Below, one piece after another: positions 36,922-46,434 of a stretch of 64,000 bases of DNA. The DNA comes from Oceanispirochaeta sp. GTDB lineage: Bacteria; Spirochaetota; Spirochaetia; DSM-2461. The notes under the pieces were generated by a model. That model did not search any database. It saw nothing but the letters and a program-made list of their open reading frames with translations, and had not been told where the DNA came from. The DNA lies in the NCBI GenBank assembly GCA_963666275.2, contig CAXXOA010000001.1, positions 1,344,001 to 1,408,000 of the forward strand. Direction: 5' to 3'. The translations under genes and the position numbers were made by a program. Each line of letters starts with the position of its first letter. The first letter of the stretch is position 1.

Positions 36922-37422
36922 TCAGTCCTCCTTGGCCTTGTATTCATCGATCAGTTCTTTCATCTGTTTGTTTGAAACCTGACCATAGACTTTGTCATTG
37001 ATAACAACTGCCGGAGCCAGACCGCAGGCGCCCAGACAGGAAACGGTTTCCAGAGTAAAAAGAAGGTCCTCTGTGGTATGTTTTTTTTCAGACAGTCCCA
37101 GTTCTCTCTGGATTATATCTATAAGTCCGGAAGAGCCTTTAACATGACAGGCTGTTCCATCGCAGACTTTAATTACGTATTTTCCTTTGGGATCCAGGGA
37201 AAAGTGGCTGTAGAATGTGGCAATACCGAAAACCCTGGCCGGAGAGATCCCCAGGCTGGTTGCAACAAAAGTCATGATCTCTTCGGGCAGGTATCTGTAC
37301 TCTTCCTGGACTTCCTGCAATATGGGAATAATTTTTGAAGGCAGTCTGTCATACTTGTCCAGTATGTCGCAGACTTTGCTGAAATTGTTCAGTTTCTCAG
37401 CTGTCACGCTTTGGGTAGCCAT
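36922..37422 (-). CDS. hydC: HydC (NuoE-like 2Fe-2S subunit)
   Basis: ATFY, CDGTAC, CLGAC..AP. Confidence 0.92.
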   Translation of the reverse strand: MATQSVTAEKLNNFSKVCDILDKYDRLPSKIIPILQEVQEEYRYLPEEIMTFVATSLGISPARVFGIATFYSHFSLDPKGKYVIKVCDGTACHVKGSSGLIDIIQRELGLSEKKHTTEDLLFTLETVSCLGACGLAPAVVINDKVYGQVSNKQMKELIDEYKAKED

Positions 37423-37442
37423 AGTTTTAAACGCTCCTATTT

Positions 37443-37466
37443 TTATCGATATGGTGATATCGATAA
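37443..37466. promoter_or_regulatory. Inverted repeat upstream of hydC, candidate operator
   Basis: TTATCGATAT-GGTG-ATATCGATAA. Confidence 0.5.
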
Positions 37467-37527
37467 TAAAATATCCAATATGCGTTTTTTTGGCAATACC
37501 TTTACAACAAATTTCTTTTATTATTCT

Positions 37528-37558
37528 AAAAAAAAGACCACCCCGCAGGATGGTCTTT
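37528..37558 (-). terminator. Terminator after the SET/membrane gene pair
   Basis: AAAGACCA...TGGTCTTT with a long A run (minus-strand T tail). Confidence 0.7.
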
Positions 37559-37577
37559 CATGAAGAATAAAAACCTT

Positions 37578-38915
37578 TCAGTCTCTCTTTTTTCTTAAAT
37601 TATTTCTGATCCTGTCCAGATACCCTATAAAGAGAATAAGCACCGTGATAAATGAAAGAGAGAGCAGGGCTATTGTGGATATAGCCCCGATTCTGTCATT
37701 CAGATCAAAATAGTCATTAGCAACTCCCAGCAGAGCCAGAAGCTGCACTATAGCAATGACAAAAAGAAGGTTATTCTGCCGGTTGTCCGAACTGGTCTGT
37801 ATTATATCCATTTTCTGATCCAGTGACAGACGGCATCTTTCCAGATCTTTTTCAAATGTGAATAGATTCTCTTCCATCTCCCAGTATTTCCACAAGGCAG
37901 TGTAAATCTGCTGCTGATCGGGTTTCAGGTTGGAAAGGAATATTCGCTGGATATGTCTTAGTTTATGAATAAGAAGCGACATCCTTTCAGATCTCAGGAT
38001 CTGTGTATTCAGTTCGATTCTATCCTGGTAGAAAATCTGATCATATAGACGGTGAATATGATATTGAACTGTCTGGGTCAAAGTGTAATAAAGATTCTGA
38101 ATATTGATAAAAACAGGAAATATCCGGGAAGTCGTATCTCTGTCTACCCCCCAGAAGGTGGAGGACTGCCATCCCAGGAATACCTTTGTATTTTCGCTGT
38201 AGACCGAGAGTTCTTTCATCTGTTCAGACTGCTGGTCTATCCTGTCCAGGCAGTGTGACTGCTGAATAAAATCCTCCGGGAAATCTGAAGATGCAAAATC
38301 CTGGAATTCAGGAAAAAATGAAATCAAATAACCGAAGCTTCTCTCTATATGAACTTCTGGTGCGCCATTAAATAGGGATTTTATTTCGTTTTTGACAAGA
38401 TTTATACAGTGCTGTTTTATCTTATCCGCCCAGGTGGAAGAAGGTTTTTCGTACATATCATCATCCACAAGCATATTTCTTATATGGCTGTAGAGAGAAT
38501 TAAAATAGGACGTCTGACCCGGAGAAAAGGGATCGTTTGAAGATAGTGTCAGGCAGAAATGGATATAAAAAATCCTTAGAGTTTTATCAAATAGAAGAGC
38601 GTAGCCGCTCTGGTTCAGGTTAATGATAAAGCCAGGCAGATAACAGAATGATCCGTCACACATATACTCCTGCAGATGACCGTTGAAATCATCACCTGGG
38701 AGAGGGTAGTAGAGGCAGTTGTAATTCAGATAATTCAGCTGGGAGTATTCCGCCTGAAGAGGAGCGGGAATATGTTCGGTATTCTGTAGATTCTGCCATT
38801 TTCCGGAATCTTCAATTCTTTGAAAGTAAAACTGAAGCAGCCAGTTATGATCGATCTCAAGCGGATACAGGCAGTGAAAAGTAATGTTGTAGGGTTTAGA
38901 GATATGTGTTTCCAT
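37578..38915 (-). CDS. Hypothetical protein with two C-terminal TM helices (CorA-like architecture)
   Basis: Large soluble domain, long helical stalk, QNNLLFVIAIVQLLALLGV...IALLSLSFITVLILFIGY, basic tail; start uncertain (38915 or 38972). Confidence 0.65.
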   Translation of the reverse strand: METHISKPYNITFHCLYPLEIDHNWLLQFYFQRIEDSGKWQNLQNTEHIPAPLQAEYSQLNYLNYNCLYYPLPGDDFNGHLQEYMCDGSFCYLPGFIINLNQSGYALLFDKTLRIFYIHFCLTLSSNDPFSPGQTSYFNSLYSHIRNMLVDDDMYEKPSSTWADKIKQHCINLVKNEIKSLFNGAPEVHIERSFGYLISFFPEFQDFASSDFPEDFIQQSHCLDRIDQQSEQMKELSVYSENTKVFLGWQSSTFWGVDRDTTSRIFPVFINIQNLYYTLTQTVQYHIHRLYDQIFYQDRIELNTQILRSERMSLLIHKLRHIQRIFLSNLKPDQQQIYTALWKYWEMEENLFTFEKDLERCRLSLDQKMDIIQTSSDNRQNNLLFVIAIVQLLALLGVANDYFDLNDRIGAISTIALLSLSFITVLILFIGYLDRIRNNLRKKRD

Positions 38916-39330
38916 GTCCTTGCAGATACTCCTGTGGCAGCGGTTCTTTTCGATAGTCCAGAAACAGTTCACAACCTTTCGGTAAATCAGACAGAACTAC
39001 GATCCTGAGGGGATTATACTGTAAAGACACATTGGGAGTGCGGCTGTGATTGATGTAATAGTACTTGGTTTTGAACGGGCGGATAATAACACCCTCTTCT
39101 ACGGCATTCCACTCAGACGCAACAGTTTCTCTGGACCAGTAAAGATCCCATGAGATTTTCTGGCCGTCCAGTTCTCCCAGAACTGTTCCTTTTCTTACCG
39201 GTTCGGTTAAAAAAAGGCCATACCCATGAACAGAACTGATTCCTGTTGTTGTGTAACAGAGATTATCGATGAGTTCTTCCGGTGGAGGTTCCGGAATACC
39301 GTTATCCTTATTATTGAGTGTATCTGCCAT
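38896..39330 (-). CDS. SET-domain protein
   Basis: SSVHGYGLF, YINHSRTPN, ELFLDY; no post-SET cysteines. Confidence 0.88.
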   Translation of the reverse strand: MADTLNNKDNGIPEPPPEELIDNLCYTTTGISSVHGYGLFLTEPVRKGTVLGELDGQKISWDLYWSRETVASEWNAVEEGVIIRPFKTKYYYINHSRTPNVSLQYNPLRIVVLSDLPKGCELFLDYRKEPLPQEYLQGHGNTYL

Positions 39331-39442
39331 TTCAAGTCTTCTTCTCTGTCTTCAGTAGATATCCCGAGAGTATCCGCCTTTATCTTATGATACTATAATT
39401 TAGGCTGTAATGACAAATCAAAGACATTTCCAATCAGTCAAT

Positions 39443-39655
39443 TTAAACAGCCGTCCTGACTTTTCTGACTTTCTGGGGCTCTACTTTCTTCTTGAGCGGG
39501 ATACCGCAGAATCGGCATTTAGCCCGTTCGTCGCTGCAGGAGGGGCAGACATGAAAGTACTTGTCGCAGTGGGAGCAGTAGTACCTTTTTGAAGCTGCCA
39601 TAAAAACTCTGCCGCAGCTTTCACAGGTCGCTTCGATGACATTTGTTTTATCCAT
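39443..39655 (-). CDS. Small zinc-finger protein
   Basis: Four CxxC pairs in 70 aa; AGGAG RBS. Confidence 0.75.
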   Translation of the reverse strand: MDKTNVIEATCESCGRVFMAASKRYYCSHCDKYFHVCPSCSDERAKCRFCGIPLKKKVEPQKVRKVRTAV

Positions 39656-39793
39656 TATTCAACTCCTGTTGATGTGAGTATTTTTTTATTATCGAATGGC
39701 TGTTTCTTAAACTGAATAGACCGTTTGGTATAATTCAGATCTCTCAGCGATTTTTTGAGTTTTTATGCCCTTCTGCCGATAATCGAAAGAGTT

Positions 39794-40759
39794 ATGAATA
39801 GAATTATTCCGGTAGCCAGCGGAAAAGGCGGCGTGGGAAAGTCCATGCTCACAGTCAATCTGGGTGTCACTCTAGCCTCAATGGGAAAAACAGTCATTCT
39901 GATTGATCTGGATCTGGGCGGCTCCAATCTCCACACTTTTCTGGGAATCCGGAACAGCAAAACCGGTATCGGAAATTATCTGAATAAACAGGCCGACTCC
40001 CTGGAATCACTTATTATCCCCACACAGGTGGATCGTCTTTTTCTTATTCCCGGTGACGGGCTTTTTGCCGGTACAGCTCATATGCACTACTTTCAGAAAA
40101 TGAAAATACTGAAGGAAATTCCTGCTCTTGTGGCCGATTTTATCCTTCTGGACCTCGGGGCTGGCACCGCAAATAATGTGGTGGATTTTTTTATTCCCTT
40201 TCCCCAGGGCCTCATAGTCACCATGCCGGAAACCACATCCATACTCAATGCCTACTCCTTTCTGAAAACAGCCCTCTATCGGGCTTCCTACAGGATGTTT
40301 CCTCCCAAAAGTGATGAAAGGGAACTCATTCATGATTTTTTCAGGCATCGGCTGGAAGGATCGGGTAACAGCCTTTTTTCTCTGGCTGACCGCCTGGGTG
40401 ATATCTCCCATGATTCAGCGGCAAAAATCAGGAACCTTATCGATGTATTCTATCCGGGGGTGATCATCAATATGGGACGGACCCAGGAAGACCGGGATCT
40501 GGGGAAAAAGCTCCGAATGGTGAGCCGGAAAAATCTGGGAATCTCTCTGGAATATATGGGATACATTCCCTATGAAAAGGCTGTCTCCCGATCGATCCTC
40601 AACAGAAAACCCTACGTGGTGGACCACAAAACACCCCTGGCATCAGGACTGGAAACTGTGGCGAAAAGAATTCAGAAACTGATTCCCGATGCGGGCATTC
40701 CCCTTTATGAAGGAGATGAGGACCTGGATCAGCTGAATTGGGAGGGGATAGAACAGTAA
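39794..40759 (+). CDS. MinD/FlhG-family P-loop ATPase
   Basis: ASGKGGVGKS, DLDLGGSNLH, DLGAG, PE.TSI.NAY. Confidence 0.88.
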   Translation: MNRIIPVASGKGGVGKSMLTVNLGVTLASMGKTVILIDLDLGGSNLHTFLGIRNSKTGIGNYLNKQADSLESLIIPTQVDRLFLIPGDGLFAGTAHMHYFQKMKILKEIPALVADFILLDLGAGTANNVVDFFIPFPQGLIVTMPETTSILNAYSFLKTALYRASYRMFPPKSDERELIHDFFRHRLEGSGNSLFSLADRLGDISHDSAAKIRNLIDVFYPGVIINMGRTQEDRDLGKKLRMVSRKNLGISLEYMGYIPYEKAVSRSILNRKPYVVDHKTPLASGLETVAKRIQKLIPDAGIPLYEGDEDLDQLNWEGIEQ

Positions 40760-40760
40760 T

Positions 40761-41579
40761 ATGGCCAGAGTATATGCTGCAGTATGTATAGCTTTTTTCC
40801 TTTTTCACGGCCTTGCCGCTCAGGAAAACGTTATCAATGACGGAATGATCTTTGTGGAAGGAGGAACCTTTCAGATGGGTTTTAATAAGGGGGATTTCTT
40901 TGAAAAGCCAGTTCATCAGGTAACACTGGGCAGCTTCTACATCTCTCCCTATGAAGTGACACAGGGGCTCTGGCAGCAGGTTATGAGAAAAAATATAAGC
41001 CATCAGAGAGCAATGAAAAATCCTCCCGGCCGGATCAAAGGAGAAGGCTACAGCTATCCTATCTATTACGTCTCCTGGTACGATGCTGTTGAATTCTGCA
41101 ATGAACTGTCCCGGCTGAACGGTCTTGAGCCCTGCTATTCCGGAGAAGGGGAGAATATTCGCTGTAATTTCGAGGCAAACGGCTACAGACTTCCCACAGA
41201 AGCGGAATGGGAATATGCCGCACGGGGCGGTATCAGGAGCGGTGGAAATCAGTATGCGGGCTCCCGGTTTATAGACAAGATAGCCTGGTATCAGAATAAC
41301 TCATCGGTCAGAACGAATGAAGTGGGATTGCTGGATCCCAATGAGCTGGGCCTTTATGATATGAGCGGAAATGTGAATGAGTGGGTATGGGACAGTTTCT
41401 GTCTGTATAAGGCCCTGTCGGCAGTAGATCCGGTTGTCTCGGACTGTATGGATTACAGAGTTTACAGGGGTGGTTCCTGGTCTCATAGCGCCGAATACAG
41501 CAGAGTCACCTACCGCATGGGAGATGTACCGGAGACAAGACTGAATAATCTGGGTTTCAGAATTGCCCGTTCCCGGTAA
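40761..41579 (+). CDS. Exported FGE-sulfatase (SUMF1) domain protein
   Basis: GGTFQMG, YEVTQ, RLPTEAEWEYAARGG, YDMSGNV.EW, RGGSW, GFR. Confidence 0.92.
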   Translation: MARVYAAVCIAFFLFHGLAAQENVINDGMIFVEGGTFQMGFNKGDFFEKPVHQVTLGSFYISPYEVTQGLWQQVMRKNISHQRAMKNPPGRIKGEGYSYPIYYVSWYDAVEFCNELSRLNGLEPCYSGEGENIRCNFEANGYRLPTEAEWEYAARGGIRSGGNQYAGSRFIDKIAWYQNNSSVRTNEVGLLDPNELGLYDMSGNVNEWVWDSFCLYKALSAVDPVVSDCMDYRVYRGGSWSHSAEYSRVTYRMGDVPETRLNNLGFRIARSR

Positions 41580-41590
41580 AAACGAATTTG

Positions 41591-41761
41591 CTATTTTGTC
41601 TTTTTTTCGAGGGAGTTCTTCTGCTGATCTGCTGAACTGGACAGTAAGTCAGCGGCCAGGCCGTCCGTTTCAAGTTCCACAAGGAACCGGAGGGTTTCGG
41701 ACCACTTTTCCAGAGTCATTTCTTTTTCGTCAACAACTGAATATTCCGGTTCTTTTTCCAT
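41591..41761 (-). CDS. Putative 56-aa small protein, not in the ORF track
   Basis: MEKEPEYSVVDEKEMTLEKWSETLRFLVELETDGLAADLLSSSADQQKNSLEKKTK*; upstream TTGAAA-N18-TATTAT. Confidence 0.45.
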   Translation of the reverse strand: MEKEPEYSVVDEKEMTLEKWSETLRFLVELETDGLAADLLSSSADQQKNSLEKKTK

Positions 41762-41899
41762 AATCAACATTAATAATAAGGTATCATCGGATCATCTTTC
41801 AAGTCTTTTTTAAGGAAAACCCCATTTCCCCTGTATACGGAAAAGGGGGCTTCTACCTGCAATTTCCCTTTTCAACCCCTCCTGAAACTGTGAATCGCA

Positions 41900-41928
41900 T
41901 TGACACTACATATTTATACAGGTATAAA
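41900..41928 (+). promoter_or_regulatory. Sigma70 promoter of gatC
   Basis: TTGACA-N17-TATAAA, 9 nt before ATG 41938. Confidence 0.75.
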
Positions 41929-41937
41929 AGTAAGATC

Positions 41938-42219
41938 ATGGAAAAGAATGATTTATTCATCACAGCCTCCCTTGCCAGACTCGAACTGGAAGAGGATGAA
42001 GCACAGACACTGGGGAAAGAAGTTTCCCGTATGCTCACGTATTTCGAGAAAATGTCAGAAGTCGATGTGGAGGGATTAGAACCTACAACTCATGCCCTTC
42101 AGAAGGAGAACCGCCTGCGTGAAGACCGCAGGCATCCTAATGAAGCCCAGCCGGATGAACTGCTGGAATGCGCGCCGGATCTCGAAGACCGGTTTATCCT
42201 TATTCCTAACGTTCTCTAA
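41938..42219 (+). CDS. gatC: Asp/Glu-tRNA amidotransferase subunit C
   Basis: LARLEL, VDVEGLEPT, LRED, F..P. Confidence 0.92.
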   Translation: MEKNDLFITASLARLELEEDEAQTLGKEVSRMLTYFEKMSEVDVEGLEPTTHALQKENRLREDRRHPNEAQPDELLECAPDLEDRFILIPNVL

Positions 42220-42287
42220 TTTCATAACTGTTACTATTTTTATCTTTACTTAAATTCAAACCGGGGTGACAGCCGGGAAGGTATGAT

Positions 42288-43676
42288 ATGTCAGAAATCG
42301 AAAAGAAATGGGCGGGGCTTCTCAAGGACAGTTCCCGTTTAAAAGCTTATAAAAAATACGTTACCGATTGGGAAGAGAAAATCGGCAGCTTTCTGGAGTT
42401 CGACACAAACCGTGTGGTAGAGGACTCGGCTGCCGAAGGCCCCCTGGCGGGGATCCCCTTCGGTGTAAAAGATAACATTGCTGTAAAAAACTTCAAGCTC
42501 ACCTGCGGTTCCAGAATGCTGGAGCATCTGGTTTCTCCCTATACAGCTACAGCTGTAAAGAATCTTCAGAAAGCCGGCGCGGTTCCTGTAGGGAAATGCA
42601 ACCTGGATGAGTTCGGAATGGGGTCTTCCACGGAAAACTCCGCTCTGGGCAAAACCAGTAACCCCTGGGATACCGCAAGGGTCGCCGGCGGTTCCTCCGG
42701 AGGGAGCGCCGCTGCGGTTGCCGCCGGTCTTGTCCCCTTTGCCCTGGGTTCCGATACAGGGGGATCTGTCAGACAGCCAGCCTCTTTCTGCGGTGTCTAC
42801 GGACTGAAACCCACCTATGGTGTGGTATCCCGTTACGGCCTGACAGCCTATGCTTCCTCTCTTGAAGTCATCGGCGTACTGGCGAGAACCACAGAGATGA
42901 CAAAGAAGGTGTTTGAAGCCATGAAAGGGAAGGATCCCATGGATCATACCTCTCTGGATCACACACCCGCCGGGGGAGACGTTAAAACCGTTGGTGTCCT
43001 CAAACTGGCACCGGGTGCCCTCAAGCCGGAAGTGGAAGGCTCCTATAAGACTTCCATTGAAAGACTGAAAAAACTGGGATACCAGATTATTGATATTGAA
43101 CTGCCCATGCTGGAATATGTTGTTCCCGCCTACTATACAATCGCTACAGCCGAAGCCAGTGCCAACCTGGCCCGGTACAATGGAATCCGTTACGGCCATG
43201 CCCCTGTTTTTGCTGAAAATCCGACGGAGCTTATGAAAAAGTCCCGTCATGAGGGATTCGGTGATGAGGTCAAACTCAGGGTCCTTCTGGGAACCTATGT
43301 TCTGCGGTCGGGATTTCAGGATCAGTACTACGTAAGAGCCCAGAAGATCCGGACAGCCATCCGGAATGACGTGGAACGATGGTACGATCAGGCGGATGTG
43401 CTGATGATGCCTGTTTTCCCCACACCCGCGTTCCATCACGGCAATCAGGAAATGGATGAGTTTCAGCAGAAACAGGCTGACCTTTATACCTGCACAGCCA
43501 ACCTGGTGGGCCATCCGGCTCTTTCCGTTCCCTCTACAGTAGAAGAGGGGCTGCCCGTAGGAGTTCAGTTTATGGCTCCTCCTTTTGAAGAAGAGCGTCT
43601 GTTTAAGGTCGCTTCCAGTCTGGAGAAGGAGTTCCAGGCTCCCGAACCCACCGGTTATACCATGGAATGGAGTTAA
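42288..43676 (+). CDS. gatA: Asp/Glu-tRNA amidotransferase subunit A
   Basis: KDNI, GGSSGGS, GSDTGGSVRQP, NLARY.GIRYG, FGDEVK. Confidence 0.95.
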   Translation: MSEIEKKWAGLLKDSSRLKAYKKYVTDWEEKIGSFLEFDTNRVVEDSAAEGPLAGIPFGVKDNIAVKNFKLTCGSRMLEHLVSPYTATAVKNLQKAGAVPVGKCNLDEFGMGSSTENSALGKTSNPWDTARVAGGSSGGSAAAVAAGLVPFALGSDTGGSVRQPASFCGVYGLKPTYGVVSRYGLTAYASSLEVIGVLARTTEMTKKVFEAMKGKDPMDHTSLDHTPAGGDVKTVGVLKLAPGALKPEVEGSYKTSIERLKKLGYQIIDIELPMLEYVVPAYYTIATAEASANLARYNGIRYGHAPVFAENPTELMKKSRHEGFGDEVKLRVLLGTYVLRSGFQDQYYVRAQKIRTAIRNDVERWYDQADVLMMPVFPTPAFHHGNQEMDEFQQKQADLYTCTANLVGHPALSVPSTVEEGLPVGVQFMAPPFEEERLFKVASSLEKEFQAPEPTGYTMEWS

Positions 43677-43679
43677 GTT

Positions 43680-45098
43680 GTGTATCAGTCATTTATCGGT
43701 CTAGAAATTCATATACATCTGGCTGCGGAAACCAAAGCGTTCTGCAGCTGCAAAGCCAACTACGGCGATGAAGAAAACACCAATGTCTGTCCCGTCTGTA
43801 TGGGGTTTCCCGGTGTTCTTCCCACTCTGAATGAAAAAGCCATTCAGATGTCCTACGTGGTTGCTCGGGCTCTGAACTGCGAGCTCAGCAGAAAAACCAT
43901 TTTCGAACGGAAAAACTACTTTTATCCGGACATGCCCAAGAACTACCAGATCAGTCAGTTTACCGATCCGGTAGGAGTCAACGGATATATTGATATTGAA
44001 GTAGGGGATGAGATCAAAAGGGTCAGAATCCACGATGTTCACTTTGAAGAGGATGCGGGAAAAATGATCCATGCGGGCGATATGTCTCTGCTGGACTATA
44101 ACAGAGCGGGATATCCCCTTCTTGAGATCGTAACCGAACCGGATCTTGTTGTGGGATCCGATGCGGAAGCCTTCCTGAGAAGTTTCAGAAGGATGGTCCG
44201 TTATCTGGGTGTCTGCGACGGTAACATGGAAGAGGGATCTCTCCGCTGTGACGCCAATGTTTCCATCAACCATCCCGGTGCCGGCCTGGGAAGCAAAGTT
44301 GAGATCAAGAACCTCAACTCCTCCCGGTTTGTCCGGAAAGCCCTGGACTATGAAATTGTCAGGCAGTCCGCCATGATGGATGAGAAGAAAGAAATCATTC
44401 AGGAAACAAGACTCTGGAACGAAAACAGGGATATCACTGAAAGTATGAGACGGAAGGAAGCGGCCAATGATTATCGCTATTTCCCCGAACCCGACCTTCC
44501 TCCTTTCATGCCTTCCGATGAATTCCTGAAAACAGTGGAAGACAGTCTTTGTGAACTGCCCTTTGCCAGAAAACAGCGTCTTATGAGCGGTCATGGCCTC
44601 AATTCTGAACAGGCTGAGTACGTCCACGACGAAAAATTTGTAGCCGATTTCTTTGAGCAGGCTGTTTTTCACGGAGCCGATCCTGTCCAGGTCTATTCCT
44701 GGCTCTCTTCGGATGTGAAAAAAATGCTCAACCGGACAAATATTTCACTGGAAGAGTCTCCTCTTTCAGCAGAACGTCTGGCCCGGCTGATTGCTCTGAT
44801 TGAAGAGGGACAGATCAGCGGAAAAATTGCCAAAACAGTTCTTACTCATATCTTCGATGAAGACAAGGATCCTGATGTGATCACCAGGGAGAAGGGACTT
44901 GTTCAGATTTCCGACAAAGGAGCAGTAGGTGAAATTGTCGGGAAGGTCATAGCCGAAAACCCTCAGGTTGTCGAGGCTATTAAAGGCGGAGATATGAAGC
45001 AGATGGGATTTCTTGTGGGACAGGTTATGAAAGCTTCCGGCGGAAAAGCCGCCCCTCAGGTGGTTCAGACTGTACTGAAAGAAAAAGTCCTGGGTTGA
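43680..45098 (+). CDS. gatB: Asp/Glu-tRNA amidotransferase subunit B
   Basis: IGLEIH, RKNYFYPD.PK.YQISQ, EEDAGK, DYRYFPEPD. Confidence 0.96.
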   Translation: MYQSFIGLEIHIHLAAETKAFCSCKANYGDEENTNVCPVCMGFPGVLPTLNEKAIQMSYVVARALNCELSRKTIFERKNYFYPDMPKNYQISQFTDPVGVNGYIDIEVGDEIKRVRIHDVHFEEDAGKMIHAGDMSLLDYNRAGYPLLEIVTEPDLVVGSDAEAFLRSFRRMVRYLGVCDGNMEEGSLRCDANVSINHPGAGLGSKVEIKNLNSSRFVRKALDYEIVRQSAMMDEKKEIIQETRLWNENRDITESMRRKEAANDYRYFPEPDLPPFMPSDEFLKTVEDSLCELPFARKQRLMSGHGLNSEQAEYVHDEKFVADFFEQAVFHGADPVQVYSWLSSDVKKMLNRTNISLEESPLSAERLARLIALIEEGQISGKIAKTVLTHIFDEDKDPDVITREKGLVQISDKGAVGEIVGKVIAENPQVVEAIKGGDMKQMGFLVGQVMKASGGKAAPQVVQTVLKEKVLG

Positions 45099-45115
45099 AG
45101 AGAGGAGAAGTAAAA

Positions 45116-46387
45116 GTGCGCGTTTTAGCGAAAGATATAAAAGAGTATGCAGGAAAAGAGATTGTCCTGAGCGGATGGATTCATAGAATCCGGGAGCTGG
45201 GTGGAGTCAACTTCATTATCCTCCGGGACAGGAGCGGACAGGTGCAGCTGGTTACCAATGATGAAGTCGATCTGACTCTGGAATCTGTTGTGAATGCCAA
45301 AGGTACTGTTCAGGAGAATGATAAGGCTCCGGGAGGATATGAATTACAGCTTACAAGCCTGGATATCCTGTCTGAAGCCGCCTCGGATCTTCCCTTTCCT
45401 GTCAACCAGGATCCTGAGAATACGGGTATTGATACCATTCTGGATAACAGAATTATTGCTCTGCGCAACCCTAAAATCCTCTCTATTTTCAGGCTGCAGG
45501 CCGGTCTTGTCCGATATTTTGCCGAGTTCCTCAGGTCAAAAGATTTTACAGAGATCAAAACCAGTAAAATTGTCAGCGGCGGAACCGAAGGGGGATCAAA
45601 CCTCTTCCGTGTCGACTATTTTGACGATAAAGTCTGCCTGGCCCAGTCTCCCCAGCAGTATAAACAGGCTATGGTTTCCAGCGGACTGGAACGGGTTTTT
45701 GAAATAGGTCATGCCTACAGAGCGGAAAAACACGATACACCCCGGCATATCAATGAATATGTTTCTCTCGATATTGAGATGGGTTTTATCGAATCCGAGA
45801 AAGATCTGATGGCTCTGGAAGCGGAAATGATGGGCTTCATATTCCGTAAAGTCCGGGAGAATCATCAATCTGATCTGGAAGCCTGGGGAGCTACCACTCC
45901 CGATCCCGATAAATGCAAGGATATCCCCATCATTCCCCATGATCAGGCAAAGAAGATCGTCAGCGAAAGGATCGGACGCAGGATTTTCGAAATTAATCCA
46001 GAAGCGGAAAGAGTTATCTGTGAATGGGCGGAAGAGGAATATGGTATTCCCATGGTATTTATCAATGCTTTCCCCCGGAAAAAAAGACCCTTCTATACCT
46101 ATCCTGACGGTCTGAAAACCATGAGTTTCGACCTTATTTTCAGAGGTCTGGAAATTACAACAGGCGGCCGCCGTATCAATGAATACAAGATGATGAAAGA
46201 AACTCTGCCCAAATTCGGCATGACCGAAGAAGAGCTGGGTGACTATATCAAAATTTTCAAATACGGCTGTCCTCCCCATGGGGGTTTTGCCATCGGTCTG
46301 GAAAGGCTGACTCAGAAAATCCTGGGACTGGCGAATATCAAGGAAGCTTCCATATTCCCCCGGGACAGAAAAAGAACCACTCCCTGA
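45116..46387 (+). CDS. aspS: Non-discriminating (archaeal-type) aspartyl-tRNA synthetase
   Basis: Short form without GAD insertion; GWIHRIR, KAPGG, LAQSPQ.YKQ, YG.PPHGGF.IGLER; follows gatB; GTG start after GAGGAG. Confidence 0.9.
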   Translation: MRVLAKDIKEYAGKEIVLSGWIHRIRELGGVNFIILRDRSGQVQLVTNDEVDLTLESVVNAKGTVQENDKAPGGYELQLTSLDILSEAASDLPFPVNQDPENTGIDTILDNRIIALRNPKILSIFRLQAGLVRYFAEFLRSKDFTEIKTSKIVSGGTEGGSNLFRVDYFDDKVCLAQSPQQYKQAMVSSGLERVFEIGHAYRAEKHDTPRHINEYVSLDIEMGFIESEKDLMALEAEMMGFIFRKVRENHQSDLEAWGATTPDPDKCKDIPIIPHDQAKKIVSERIGRRIFEINPEAERVICEWAEEEYGIPMVFINAFPRKKRPFYTYPDGLKTMSFDLIFRGLEITTGGRRINEYKMMKETLPKFGMTEEELGDYIKIFKYGCPPHGGFAIGLERLTQKILGLANIKEASIFPRDRKRTTP

Positions 46388-46407
46388 TCCGGTAAATCGA
46401 ATATCTG

Positions 46408-46434
46408 CCGGCTGTTTATTCAGCCGGTTTTTTT
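46408..46434 (+). terminator. Intrinsic terminator
   Basis: CCGGCTG-TTTATT-CAGCCGG-TTTTTTT. Confidence 0.9.

Noticed and set aside
35588..36982. 464-aa plus-strand ORF
   Set aside because: Antisense shadow of hydB with no motifs
34982..37422. Respiratory complex I nuoEFG
   Set aside because: The third gene has H-cluster motifs and no membrane nuo genes are present
40761..41579. Diversity-generating retroelement target (FGE/CLec fold)
   Set aside because: No reverse transcriptase and no template repeat matching the 3' end were seen in this window; a remote template cannot be excluded
41810..41937. T-box leader for gatCAB-aspS
   Set aside because: No T-box consensus, and the promoter lies immediately before the start codon
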